Positions 17,495 through 26,202 of a stretch of 64,000 nt of DNA are shown piece by piece. Both the position numbers and the translations under genes were made by a program. Numbering within the stretch: the first letter of the stretch is position 1; the number at the start of each line of letters is the position of its first letter. Below the pieces are notes generated by a model. It saw nothing but the letters and a program-made list of their open reading frames with translations. It had not been told where the DNA came from and searched no databases. The stretch comes from an uncultured virus (IMG/VR IMGVR_UViG_3300046782_000572) (Duplodnaviria > Heunggongvirae > Uroviricota > Caudoviricetes), in the IMG/VR virus record IMGVR_UViG_3300046782_000572. One strand, 5' to 3'.

Positions 17495-17625
17495 TGGATT
17501 GCTACTGGCTCGCGCGCTTCTACCAACAGAACCCGAGTGAGTTCTTGAGACAGACGCCAGCTACAATCAAGCAACACATGAAGTTTAGCCGCAAGCTGCT
17601 GGCGCGGGCGAAGGCATCAAAATGA
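17491..17625 (+). CDS. Small ORF resembling the tail-chaperone frameshift extension
   Basis: CYWLARFYQQNPSEFL vs CYRLAEIYGRNPAEFL at 37.2 kb; ATGA overlaps on both sides. Confidence 0.55.
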   Translation: MMDCYWLARFYQQNPSEFLRQTPATIKQHMKFSRKLLARAKASK

Positions 17626-18389
17626 AGCGGCTGGATTATGCGATCATCGTGCCGTCGAGGCGCCGCGCCCATAACATGGGGACAATCAAGCTGCTGTTGC
17701 CGACGGCGACGATCTGCATCGACGAGCGCGAGGCCGACGACTACATGGCCGTCGTGCCGAAGGCGCGCCTGCTCCTGCATCCGCCGTTGGAGGGCCTGCC
17801 GGCGGTGATGAATTGGATCCAGGACAACGTCAATCAACAGATCCTGGTGGAGATCGACGACGACTTTGCGGGCGTGCAGGTCACGACGGGCTCGCGGCGC
17901 TTCATCACCGACAGCGAGGAAATCCTGGCGATCGTCGAGAACGGCGCGCAGGCATGCAGCGACCTCGGGCTGACCACGTTCTGCTGGTCGAGGACGCCCA
18001 ACACGACAGTCATCCACCCCGACATGCGGCCGGTCGTGCCCACGCAGGCGGTGTGCACGGCGTTCGGCGTGATGGGCGCGGCGAGACACCGCAAATACGA
18101 TACCCGCTTCACCGGCCGGGCCGACATCGATTGGGCGCTGACGACCCTTCTCAAGGACCGCTGCCTGCTGGCGGACGTCAGATATTATTTCGACACCGGG
18201 GACGCGTTCGCAGGCCGCGGCGGAAACGTCGGCGTGGTGACGGCCGAGCAGTTCACGGCGGCATCGCGCGGGCTCGTCGAGAAGTGGGGCAACGCGCTTT
18301 CGATGAAGCCGCCCGGGTATGCGCGCAAGCGACAGGTGGCGCCGCTGCGGATCGTGGCGACGCGGACAAACAAGGTGGCGCAGCGATGA
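17622..18389 (+). CDS. GT-A fold glycosyltransferase (TET-associated/GREB1-like type)
   Basis: IIVPSRRR, R-equivalent MNWI, EIDDD, ADIDW, GRGGN motifs. Confidence 0.65.
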   Translation: MKRLDYAIIVPSRRRAHNMGTIKLLLPTATICIDEREADDYMAVVPKARLLLHPPLEGLPAVMNWIQDNVNQQILVEIDDDFAGVQVTTGSRRFITDSEEILAIVENGAQACSDLGLTTFCWSRTPNTTVIHPDMRPVVPTQAVCTAFGVMGAARHRKYDTRFTGRADIDWALTTLLKDRCLLADVRYYFDTGDAFAGRGGNVGVVTAEQFTAASRGLVEKWGNALSMKPPGYARKRQVAPLRIVATRTNKVAQR

Positions 18390-19501
18390 AGGTGCTGATA
18401 ACGGGCGGCGACGGTTTCATCGGGTGGCCGACAGCTCTGCGGCTGTCAACGCGCGGCGACGACGTGCTGGTGCTGGACAACTTCATGCGGCGGCGGCTCG
18501 CCAAGTCGCTGACGCCGATCAAGCTGCTGTCGGTGCGCTTGAAGCGCTGGTGGGAGCTGACCGGAAAACCCATCCAACACTGGACCATGAACGTCTGCGA
18601 CGACTTTCGTCAGCTCGACGAGGTGGTCAGGTGGTTTCAGCCGGATGCGATCATCCATCTGGCGGTGCAGCCGTCCGCGCCGTACTCGATGCGCGACGCC
18701 GGCACAAGGATGGAAACGGTTCGCAACAACGTCATGGCGACGACCGCGGTGCTGACTGCGGCGATCAGCGCAAAGGTCAGGCCGCACATCGTCCATATCG
18801 GAACGATGGGCGTCTACGGTTATGACGCGGCGGGCGTGATCCCCGAGGGCTACATCGACATGATGGACAAGCGGGTGCTGCATCCGACGAATCCCGGTTC
18901 GCTCTATCACGCCACGAAGGTGATGGATCAGACGCTGTTCGCCTTCCATGCGAAAACCGCCGGCCTCAGAATAACCGATCTGCACCAGGGCATCGTGTGG
19001 GGCACGCAGACCGACGAGACGCGGATGGACGACGCGCTGATCAATCGCTTCGACTACGACGGCGACTTCGGCACCGTCGTCAATCGCTTCCTGATGCAAG
19101 CGGCGGTCGGGCATCCGCTGACGGTGTACGGGACCGGCGGCCAGACCCGCGCCTTCATCAACATCAACGACACCGTGCGTTGCTTGGAGCTGGCGCTCGA
19201 CAGCCCGCCAAATCCAGGCGAGCCCGTGCGGATCATGAACCAGATGACAGAGGTTCGCCGCGTCCGCGATCTGGCAAACATGGTGGCGCGGCAGACCGGG
19301 GCCGCGATCGCGCGCCTCGACCAGGAGGCGGCCGAGAACGACCTCGCGGTGGACAACAGCTCGCTTCGCCAGCTCGGCTTGGCAGCGCCAACCCTGTTGG
19401 CGGACGGGCTGCTGACGGAAACCATTGACATCGCCAGCCGCTTCGCCGGGCGCGCCGACGTGGGCAGGGTCGCCAGCACGGCGAATTGGAGGGCGGCGTG
19501 A
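18386..19501 (+). CDS. sqdB: UDP-sulfoquinovose synthase homologue
   Basis: GGDGFIGWPTAL, APYSM, GTMGVYGY, NPGSLYHATK, RITDLHQGIVWGT, NRFDYDGDFGTV, GTGGQTRAFI. Confidence 0.88.
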   Translation: MKVLITGGDGFIGWPTALRLSTRGDDVLVLDNFMRRRLAKSLTPIKLLSVRLKRWWELTGKPIQHWTMNVCDDFRQLDEVVRWFQPDAIIHLAVQPSAPYSMRDAGTRMETVRNNVMATTAVLTAAISAKVRPHIVHIGTMGVYGYDAAGVIPEGYIDMMDKRVLHPTNPGSLYHATKVMDQTLFAFHAKTAGLRITDLHQGIVWGTQTDETRMDDALINRFDYDGDFGTVVNRFLMQAAVGHPLTVYGTGGQTRAFININDTVRCLELALDSPPNPGEPVRIMNQMTEVRRVRDLANMVARQTGAAIARLDQEAAENDLAVDNSSLRQLGLAAPTLLADGLLTETIDIASRFAGRADVGRVASTANWRAA

Positions 19502-20325
19502 AGGTTCTGGTCACCGGCAGCGCGGGCTTCATCGGCGCCAACCTCATGCGCCTGTTGGGCGCGCGCGGGGTTCCGTTCGATCGCCATCTCGGACAGGACG
19601 TCATGTCGGCGGAGATCGAGGAAGAGGTCGCCCAGGTCGACGCGGTCGTCCATCTGGCCGCGGCGACCGGCGTCGAGGAATCCGTTCGGAATCCGACCGA
19701 AAGCCTGGACAACGTCGATGGCGTTCTAAGCGTGCTGGAAGCGTGCCGGCGGTCGGGGGTGCCCGTGGCGCTGGCGTCCACTGCCGGCGCGCTGGCGGGC
19801 CTCCCGCGGTCGCCCTATGCGGCTTCGAAGCTGGCCGCGGAAGCGTACTGCCACGCCTATCGGGAGTCCTACGGGGTGATGACCACGGTGTTGCGGCTCG
19901 GCAACGTCTATGGCCCTTATTCGGCGCACAAGCGCAGCTTCATCGCCGCGCTCTGTCGGGCCGCGCGCGACGGCGCGCCGTTCGAATTGTACGGTAGCGG
20001 CCTGCAAAGACGGGATTTCGTTTTCGTGGGGGATGTTTGCCAAGGCATCCTGGCGGCGCTCGAAGCGCGCGTGCCGGGTACATTCAACCTCGCCTCGGGC
20101 CGATTAAAACGACTCGACACCGTCATGGCCATGGTCGAGGAAATATCGGGGCGCCGCGTCATTCAGGTATGGAAGGAACAGCGGCAGGGCGAGGCCGATC
20201 CAACAATCGGCATCGACATTTCAGCGGCAACGGACGCCTTCGGCTACAGGCCATCGACGCCGCTGGCGGATGGGCTGCGGCAAACCTGGGATTGGTTTGC
20301 CGCGCAGCCGGCGTGGACTTTCTAG
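19498..20325 (+). CDS. NAD-dependent epimerase/dehydratase
   Basis: TGSAGFIG, HLAA, YAASK, NVYGP, RDFVFV. Confidence 0.88.
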   Translation: MKVLVTGSAGFIGANLMRLLGARGVPFDRHLGQDVMSAEIEEEVAQVDAVVHLAAATGVEESVRNPTESLDNVDGVLSVLEACRRSGVPVALASTAGALAGLPRSPYAASKLAAEAYCHAYRESYGVMTTVLRLGNVYGPYSAHKRSFIAALCRAARDGAPFELYGSGLQRRDFVFVGDVCQGILAALEARVPGTFNLASGRLKRLDTVMAMVEEISGRRVIQVWKEQRQGEADPTIGIDISAATDAFGYRPSTPLADGLRQTWDWFAAQPAWTF

Positions 20326-20921
20326 AATTCCGGCTCGAACAGGTCGGCCTTGGCCGCCGGCTTGCGCTTCTTGGGTTGCTGATCGCGCAGCACCAGCATC
20401 CGGTAAGCTTCGTCCTCGTAGACGTCCTTCGGCGGCTGCGGCACCAGCTTGGCGGAATGCTCCCGAAAATAATCGAGGCCGCGCCCGCGCTTTTTGCCCT
20501 CGTAGGTGTGGCCGTCCTTTGCCCAATCGGGGATGACCGGAATCGTGCCGCCGATCAGGTTGCCTTGCCCGATGGCGATGGCGAAATGGTCGCCTTCGCG
20601 ACTCTTGGCGGCGCGGCACATGGCGCGGATTGCGTTGCCGATCGCCATGCGCGAACCGCCGAGCTTATCGGGGTCGTACCATCGCAGCGCCTGCTCGACG
20701 CACGTGGCAACGAACGGAACGATGGTCCGGTCGGCGGTGTCGATATCCTCGTGGGAAATGATTTCGAGGCGCTTGCACACCATCGAGTGATAGGCTTTCG
20801 ACGTGTGCATCAGCTCGACGGCGAACTCCATCGCCTCGCGCTCCATGCCGCGCCGGATGCACTTCTGGATCGCGGACACGCAGGCCATCGCGGGGAGGCC
20901 GTGTAGGGTATCGGGCATCAT
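20322..20921 (-). CDS. RarA/MgsA C-terminal-like protein without the AAA+ domain
   Basis: VSAIQKCIRRG, KRLEIISHEDI, AKSRE, IPDWAKDGHT. Confidence 0.65.
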   Translation of the reverse strand: MMPDTLHGLPAMACVSAIQKCIRRGMEREAMEFAVELMHTSKAYHSMVCKRLEIISHEDIDTADRTIVPFVATCVEQALRWYDPDKLGGSRMAIGNAIRAMCRAAKSREGDHFAIAIGQGNLIGGTIPVIPDWAKDGHTYEGKKRGRGLDYFREHSAKLVPQPPKDVYEDEAYRMLVLRDQQPKKRKPAAKADLFEPEF

Positions 20922-20934
20922 TTGGGATTCTCCG

Positions 20935-20965
20935 AAAAAAGGGGGCGGGCACCGGCCCGCCCCTT
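20935..20965 (-). terminator. Rho-independent terminator
   Basis: GGGGCGGG/CCCGCCCC stem followed by T6 on the minus strand, after the 20971-21399 ORF. Confidence 0.55.
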
Positions 20966-20970
20966 GGGGG

Positions 20971-21399
20971 TTAGTTGGCGCGCGCGCGGCGCCGGGCGCG
21001 CGATGCGGCGGTGCCGCGTGCTGGCGAGTCGTCGGGGAGCCCCGCCGCTGCCGCTTCCGCCGCCTCGCCATCCGCGATGGGCTCGGGCAACTGGTGGGCC
21101 AGCACCGGGTCTTGCGCCGGCGCGGGCTCTGCGGGCTCTGCCGCGAGCGCGGTATGGACGGCGCCGAGCGTGACGAGCGCGGCCGTGATGACCTCCACGC
21201 TTTCGGCGACGGCGTATCCTCCGCCATCGGTGAACGTGATCCGCGTGCCCGGCTTGCCGCCGCGGCGAGCGTAAAAATTGCGGATGGTTTCCGCGTGGAT
21301 CACCACGTGCTCGCGGGTTTCGACGGCGTCGTTCTGCCCGGTGTCTTCATTGTAGTGCGCCTGACCGGCTTCGATTTTGCTCAGGGTGATAAGTTTCAT
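20971..21399 (-). CDS. Hypothetical protein
   Basis: AGGAACCAAG RBS; Ala/Pro-rich tail. Confidence 0.6.
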   Translation of the reverse strand: MKLITLSKIEAGQAHYNEDTGQNDAVETREHVVIHAETIRNFYARRGGKPGTRITFTDGGGYAVAESVEVITAALVTLGAVHTALAAEPAEPAPAQDPVLAHQLPEPIADGEAAEAAAAGLPDDSPARGTAASRARRRARAN

Positions 21400-21522
21400 G
21401 GTCTTGGTTCCTAAGGTTTGGCGATACTTGCTCCGGGGTATCGCCGGCCCGGTAAAAAGAACTCAGCCACGCCGCGACGGCAAAGGCTAGCTTATCTTTT
21501 GCATGGCGCTCGGCACATTCGT

Positions 21523-21798
21523 TCATGGCGTTCGGGTCGGCCGTGTTCCGGGAATTCGCACCGGTGGGATTGATCCATCGACGAAAGGTTTAATTCGCCC
21601 GGCTTCGCTCGGAGTTTCTTGTTCGATCATCGCTTCCGGGCGTTCCCGTAAGATGGCCAGGAAGACGCCAGCCAGCAGAGGCGATATGATTAAAGCCAGG
21701 AGGAACCAGCCGCCCGCATTCCGGTTGCGTCGCACGTCGGCGAACATGCCAACGGCGATCGAGAATGCAATCCAATGAACGAATATCAAGACAGTCAT
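21523..21798 (-). CDS. Small membrane protein
   Basis: RNRNAGGWFLLALIISPLLAG hydrophobic motif. Confidence 0.55.
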   Translation of the reverse strand: MTVLIFVHWIAFSIAVGMFADVRRNRNAGGWFLLALIISPLLAGVFLAILRERPEAMIEQETPSEAGRIKPFVDGSIPPVRIPGTRPTRTP

Positions 21799-22000
21799 TT
21801 GCTTTGTCCTTGGTTGATGTGAAACCGCCGGACCTTGAGTCCGCGCGGGTTGGCGAATGTCTGGATGCGCACGGTCACGAGGCCAAGCGCCACCAGCTCG
21901 TCGAGCACGCCGACCTCGATGCCGTGCATGCGCATCGCATCCTCGGTGGCGCCGGTCGGGCACCCCGCAAGCATGCGGAGCGCCTTTTGGTGGAGGGCGT

Positions 22001-22423
22001 TCATCGCGCCGGCCCTGGCGGGACGAACGCGAGCACCGAGTTTGCGCTCCAAATCCACTGGATGATTTGACAGGTCAAAGGATCGAGCAGCGGCGCCGGC
22101 CCGGTAAGCACCAGGACGCCGCTGGCGTCGGTCGTGCCGCTCACCTTGTAAGGGACGTGGTCGCACCGGCTGGGCGCATAGGCGGTGGCGTAGAGCACGC
22201 CCTGGCGCCATTGGCCGTGAACGAAGACCGTCCCTGGTGCCGCGTATCCCCACAGGCCGGGCCGCAGGCGAACGTAAACGATATCGATCGAGTCGTCTGG
22301 CAACAGCACGATCTGCATCGTCGACCCGTTGTGATCCACGAGGCGCGGCGCCTGGGGTGCATCGGCTGCGAACGCACCGCCACCGATCATGGTGGCGGCG
22401 ATAAGGCTTGCGACGGTTTTCAT
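22001..22423 (-). CDS. Putative secreted protein
   Basis: Signal-peptide-like MKTVASLIAATMIGGGAFA; VDHNGSTM. Confidence 0.55.
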   Translation of the reverse strand: MKTVASLIAATMIGGGAFAADAPQAPRLVDHNGSTMQIVLLPDDSIDIVYVRLRPGLWGYAAPGTVFVHGQWRQGVLYATAYAPSRCDHVPYKVSGTTDASGVLVLTGPAPLLDPLTCQIIQWIWSANSVLAFVPPGPAR

Positions 22424-22629
22424 CGGATGTGGTTTCCTTCGTCGGCGTAGACGTTGTTCGTGCAGGCCCACACGAGCGCGCCGACCCAGCCGATAAAGGT
22501 CCAGCCGAGACACAGGTTCATGACGAAAATCGCCAGCGCGTTTCTGTGCTCCCGAAACATCGCGACCAGGGTGGGCAGCAAGTAGATCGAGCCCAGGATC
22601 ACCAGTGTTATGAGGGTCATGGTTCTCAC
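22420..22629 (-). CDS. Superinfection immunity (Imm-like) protein
   Basis: YLLPTLVA..R.H.NALAIFVMNLCLGWTFIGWVGALVWA. Confidence 0.85.
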   Translation of the reverse strand: MRTMTLITLVILGSIYLLPTLVAMFREHRNALAIFVMNLCLGWTFIGWVGALVWACTNNVYADEGNHIR

Positions 22630-23328
22630 TCACTGATCGATGCGGGACGGGTAAACGACGTGCGAAACCGGCGTGCTGGCGTAAGAAACCCGCAGGGCGG
22701 TCGGCGGCGCCTCCTGGCGCGCGGCGCGCGCGCCCCAGGGGAGCCCGAAATTGTCGGCGCAGTCGGGGCCGTAGCCCATCGCCGTCGAGCGCTCGTCACG
22801 CAGCGGGATATTGCAGAAGCAGCAGGCACCGTGCAGGCGCCCATGTTCCGCGGCGACGCGCGCCGGGTCCGCCGCGAGGGCGCGCAGCTTGTCGCCGATG
22901 GCGGCGGTGTTCGGAACGTCCCGCGCGGGCTGGAATTCGCCCGCGAGGGTGACGCGGCCGAACCAAGCGCGCTCGCCCTGATCGTTCTTTTCCGCGGCCG
23001 TGATGGTGAGACTCCCGGGCTGCTTGGCGCGCGGCCCGGCGACGCCGACGCGGAAACCGTCCATCACGATTTTCGGAAACCGGAGATGGCGGCGGGCGCG
23101 ATCGAACATCGCAATCAGGGCCGACAGGTCGCCGACGACTTGGCCGGCGGGCTGCGGGCGCTCGGCAATGGCGTAGTAGGTGTCGCCGAAGCCTTCGCCG
23201 ACCTTGGCGCCAAGCAGCACCTGCTTGCTGGCGCCGTCGCGCTTGGTGACGGTGACGGTTTGGCCGGCGAGGGCCGGGTTCGCGGAGCGGATGGCCCATT
23301 GGCCGTTTAGCTTGGAATAGGTGTTCAT
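22630..23328 (-). CDS. DUF6011-like zinc-finger protein
   Basis: CCFCNIPLRDERSTAMGYGPDCA. Confidence 0.7.
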   Translation of the reverse strand: MNTYSKLNGQWAIRSANPALAGQTVTVTKRDGASKQVLLGAKVGEGFGDTYYAIAERPQPAGQVVGDLSALIAMFDRARRHLRFPKIVMDGFRVGVAGPRAKQPGSLTITAAEKNDQGERAWFGRVTLAGEFQPARDVPNTAAIGDKLRALAADPARVAAEHGRLHGACCFCNIPLRDERSTAMGYGPDCADNFGLPWGARAARQEAPPTALRVSYASTPVSHVVYPSRIDQ

Positions 23329-23659
23329 GACTTGGTTCCTGGGGTTTTGGGGGTTACCGCGCCGGCCCGCGAAGGCTCAGCCCGGAGATGGGGGAAAACG
23401 TCGCGTAGAGCGCGCCGTTGACGGTGATGGTGGCCTCGAAGCACGCCTTGCGGGCGGCCTCGACAGCCTCGCCGAGAGTCGAAAACTGGCGGGAATAGTC
23501 GAAGTTGGTGAAGTAAACGGTGAACATTGAAGGGTTTCCTTTTCCCCTGAGATTCGCCGCTGCGGCGAACCGGTATGGATTCAAGTGTCAGCGGAGCCCG
23601 GAAAAGGAAAGCAGTACTTATCATTTTGCCCGCATGGCGGCTCGACATCGGACGCAGGG

Positions 23660-24244
23660 CTAGGGGCACCGTTTAAGCGCGTCCTTGGGAGGGGTTTTGA
23701 CCATCCGCGGCTTGCCTGCCGGGGCAGTGCGTTTCGCCTCTGGACGGGGCGCTAAAACAGGCCGTCCCATGCGCCGCGTGCGCTTGCGCTCCACGTGCGA
23801 CGGGCGCTTGGCGTCGTAGGAATGTTCCAGCGCGGCCCGGAGCGGCGCCAGCTTCAATCCGAAATCCCGGTAACCCTGCTCGATTGTCTGAAAGTAATAT
23901 TCGGCCGGAGGATAAATGCCCGTCGAGTTCATGGTGTAGAGCATGATTTCGGTTTCGCCATCGGGCAGATCGTCCAGCTCGACATACTCTTTCGAGTACA
24001 TGCCGCGATCGGGATAATCCCGGTCGAAGCCCTCATAACGGTCGAGCGCGCGTTCGCACTCTGCCGTGATGCGCCAGAGGCCGCCGGGGCATTGGGAGTC
24101 TTCGTCGAAGATCACATCAGCAACGCCGCGGAACACCAAGCGCGTGCTCGGCAGGATAAGCGATTGAAGCGGCTCGGCAGCAGGACATCGGACGGCCATC
24201 CGCCCGACGTGAAGGTTCGATCCATAGGCGAAATAGAGGGTCAT
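23660..24244 (-). CDS. Gamma-glutamylcyclotransferase (GGCT/AIG2-like)
   Basis: LYFAYGSNL, RCP.A, LDRYEG. Confidence 0.85.
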   Translation of the reverse strand: MTLYFAYGSNLHVGRMAVRCPAAEPLQSLILPSTRLVFRGVADVIFDEDSQCPGGLWRITAECERALDRYEGFDRDYPDRGMYSKEYVELDDLPDGETEIMLYTMNSTGIYPPAEYYFQTIEQGYRDFGLKLAPLRAALEHSYDAKRPSHVERKRTRRMGRPVLAPRPEAKRTAPAGKPRMVKTPPKDALKRCP

Positions 24245-24270
24245 GGTTTTGTCTTTCTGTTTTTCGGGGT

Positions 24271-25287
24271 TTAGCGCGCGGTGGCGGCGGCGCGGCGAGC
24301 GCGCAAGAATTCGCGCTCTTCTGCGGTCGCCTCGATCAGCTCGGCGAAGCCATCAAGGGTTGCCGGGACGGCGCCGCTGTTCGGCGCGGGCGCTTGCGCG
24401 GTGATGAAATAGCGCTCGCCTCGTTTCGAATAGGCGATGCCGGCGAGGCGCGCGTGGCGCTTTACGGAGATCACCGAAAATCCGAAGCGCTCGCAAATCT
24501 CGAGGATGGTCGCGCCTTCCGGGCGCCCGCACATTTCAAGCATCGCGCGAGTCTTGAGCGCGAAATTGGCGTGGTCGATCGCGATCATCTGGCCAGCGCC
24601 GGTTTTGCCGGCCTTGGCCGCCGCGACGAGCCGCAGGCAAACCATGATCCAATTGATTGCCTTGGCCGCGTCCGTGGTCCCGGCATGGTGGCGGAATTCG
24701 ACGGTCGGCTTGTGGTGCGGAACGATGTTGACCTTGTGATATTTTGCGGCGCCTGCCCCGCTGGCGCGTGCAAGCGCGAACGCCAATTCTTCTTTTGTGC
24801 GCGCGGCGTTGACCGCGGCCTGATCGACAAGCGTGACCGAGCGGCAATACTGCGCGCCGTTGCTGCGACGCGACGCCGGCATGATTTCGTCCAGCGCCGA
24901 TTCGAATCTGCCGTAAAGCTTGATCAGCGACTTGAAAAATTCGACGCCTTCGTTTTGCGCGCCGACGTGGACGTGAAGGCCGCATGTCGCGTTGACGGTG
25001 GCGCCCACGCTCGTAAGCGCCGCGCAGATTTTGCGGACCTGCTCAAGGCCGTCGTCGCCCGTGAGAATCGGCGAAACGAATTCGAGGCCGATACCGCCCC
25101 GGATGGAGCCATCGGTGGTCGCCTTCCAGCTCCCGGCCGGGGCCGGGTCGTTATAAATTCGGCCGAAATAAACCGGCAGCCCGGCCGCTGCGGAAACCGC
25201 CCGCGCGCCCTCGCGTTCGTTAAGCCCGGCGGGGAGAACCACTTCGAATTCCGCGCCGAAAGTGAGATTGGAAATAGAGGGGTGCAC
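24271..25287 (-). CDS. Putative amidoligase (Amidoligase_2-like)
   Basis: TFGAEFE, TDGSI, EFVSPIL, TCGLHVHVG, TVEFRHHAGT. Confidence 0.85.
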   Translation of the reverse strand: MHPSISNLTFGAEFEVVLPAGLNEREGARAVSAAAGLPVYFGRIYNDPAPAGSWKATTDGSIRGGIGLEFVSPILTGDDGLEQVRKICAALTSVGATVNATCGLHVHVGAQNEGVEFFKSLIKLYGRFESALDEIMPASRRSNGAQYCRSVTLVDQAAVNAARTKEELAFALARASGAGAAKYHKVNIVPHHKPTVEFRHHAGTTDAAKAINWIMVCLRLVAAAKAGKTGAGQMIAIDHANFALKTRAMLEMCGRPEGATILEICERFGFSVISVKRHARLAGIAYSKRGERYFITAQAPAPNSGAVPATLDGFAELIEATAEEREFLRARRAAATAR

Positions 25288-25473
25288 GTTTTGCTCCGAT
25301 GTTTTTGCGCGACGGCCGTTGCCGACGCCCTCAACATCAGTCAGCGGCGCTAAAAAGAGAAGCCATACTTATCTTTTATTCGACAACCCGATCATGCGGC
25401 CCGCGCAGGCGGGACTTCATTTGTTCCCCGCAACAGCGTACGTCATTCGTTCCACCTACAAAGGAGGCCGGAA

Positions 25474-26202
25474 ATGGCTAGCGAACCGGAGGCCGGCAGC
25501 GTCACGGCCGAGCAGGCGCGGCTTCTGTTGATGCTCGACAGCGCCGCGGAATTGAAGCGCCTGGAACGTGACGGCGCGGTCGCGCAGATCGCGCCAGGGC
25601 GTTATTGGCTTAAAGACCTCGTGCAAGGCTACATCCGGTTTATGCGCGAGCACCGCCACGATACTGAAACGAATGTGCTGGCTGCGTGCTGGGGACTGAG
25701 CCAGCAAAGGATAAGCCAGCTCGCGAATATGGGATGGATCAAGCCGCTCGCCGGCATGAAGGGCAAATACAATTGGATCGAGGCATGCAGCGGCTTCGTC
25801 CGCTTTCTGCGCGACGAGGACAGGCGGTCGACGAAGTCAGCGGCGGACTCCCGCATGCGCGACGCCAAGGCGCACGACATCGAGGTTCGCACCAAGCAGC
25901 GGCTCAACCGCCTCGTGCCGATCGAAATATACGATGAAATGATCGACAGCATGGCCGGCGTGGTAAGAAGCGAGTTCGCCGGGCTCGCCGCAACATGCAC
26001 GCGCGACCTGACGATGCGCCGGATCATCGAGCGGGAAGTGAATGCAAGACTACGTCGGATCGCAGAACACGCAATGGCACAGGCCCTACGCTTGGAGGCG
26101 CTGGGCGGCGCTGATCATGCCATCGGAGCCGACCGAGCCGGACCTGTGGGCAGCGGCAAACCGGACCTACCCGCCAACGGCGGCGGTGCCGGGGCCGCGT
26201 GA
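25474..26202 (+). CDS. Terminase small subunit (Nu1-like)
   Basis: Two winged-HTH-like segments plus coiled coil, overlapping the large subunit. Confidence 0.7.
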   Translation: MASEPEAGSVTAEQARLLLMLDSAAELKRLERDGAVAQIAPGRYWLKDLVQGYIRFMREHRHDTETNVLAACWGLSQQRISQLANMGWIKPLAGMKGKYNWIEACSGFVRFLRDEDRRSTKSAADSRMRDAKAHDIEVRTKQRLNRLVPIEIYDEMIDSMAGVVRSEFAGLAATCTRDLTMRRIIEREVNARLRRIAEHAMAQALRLEALGGADHAIGADRAGPVGSGKPDLPANGGGAGAA

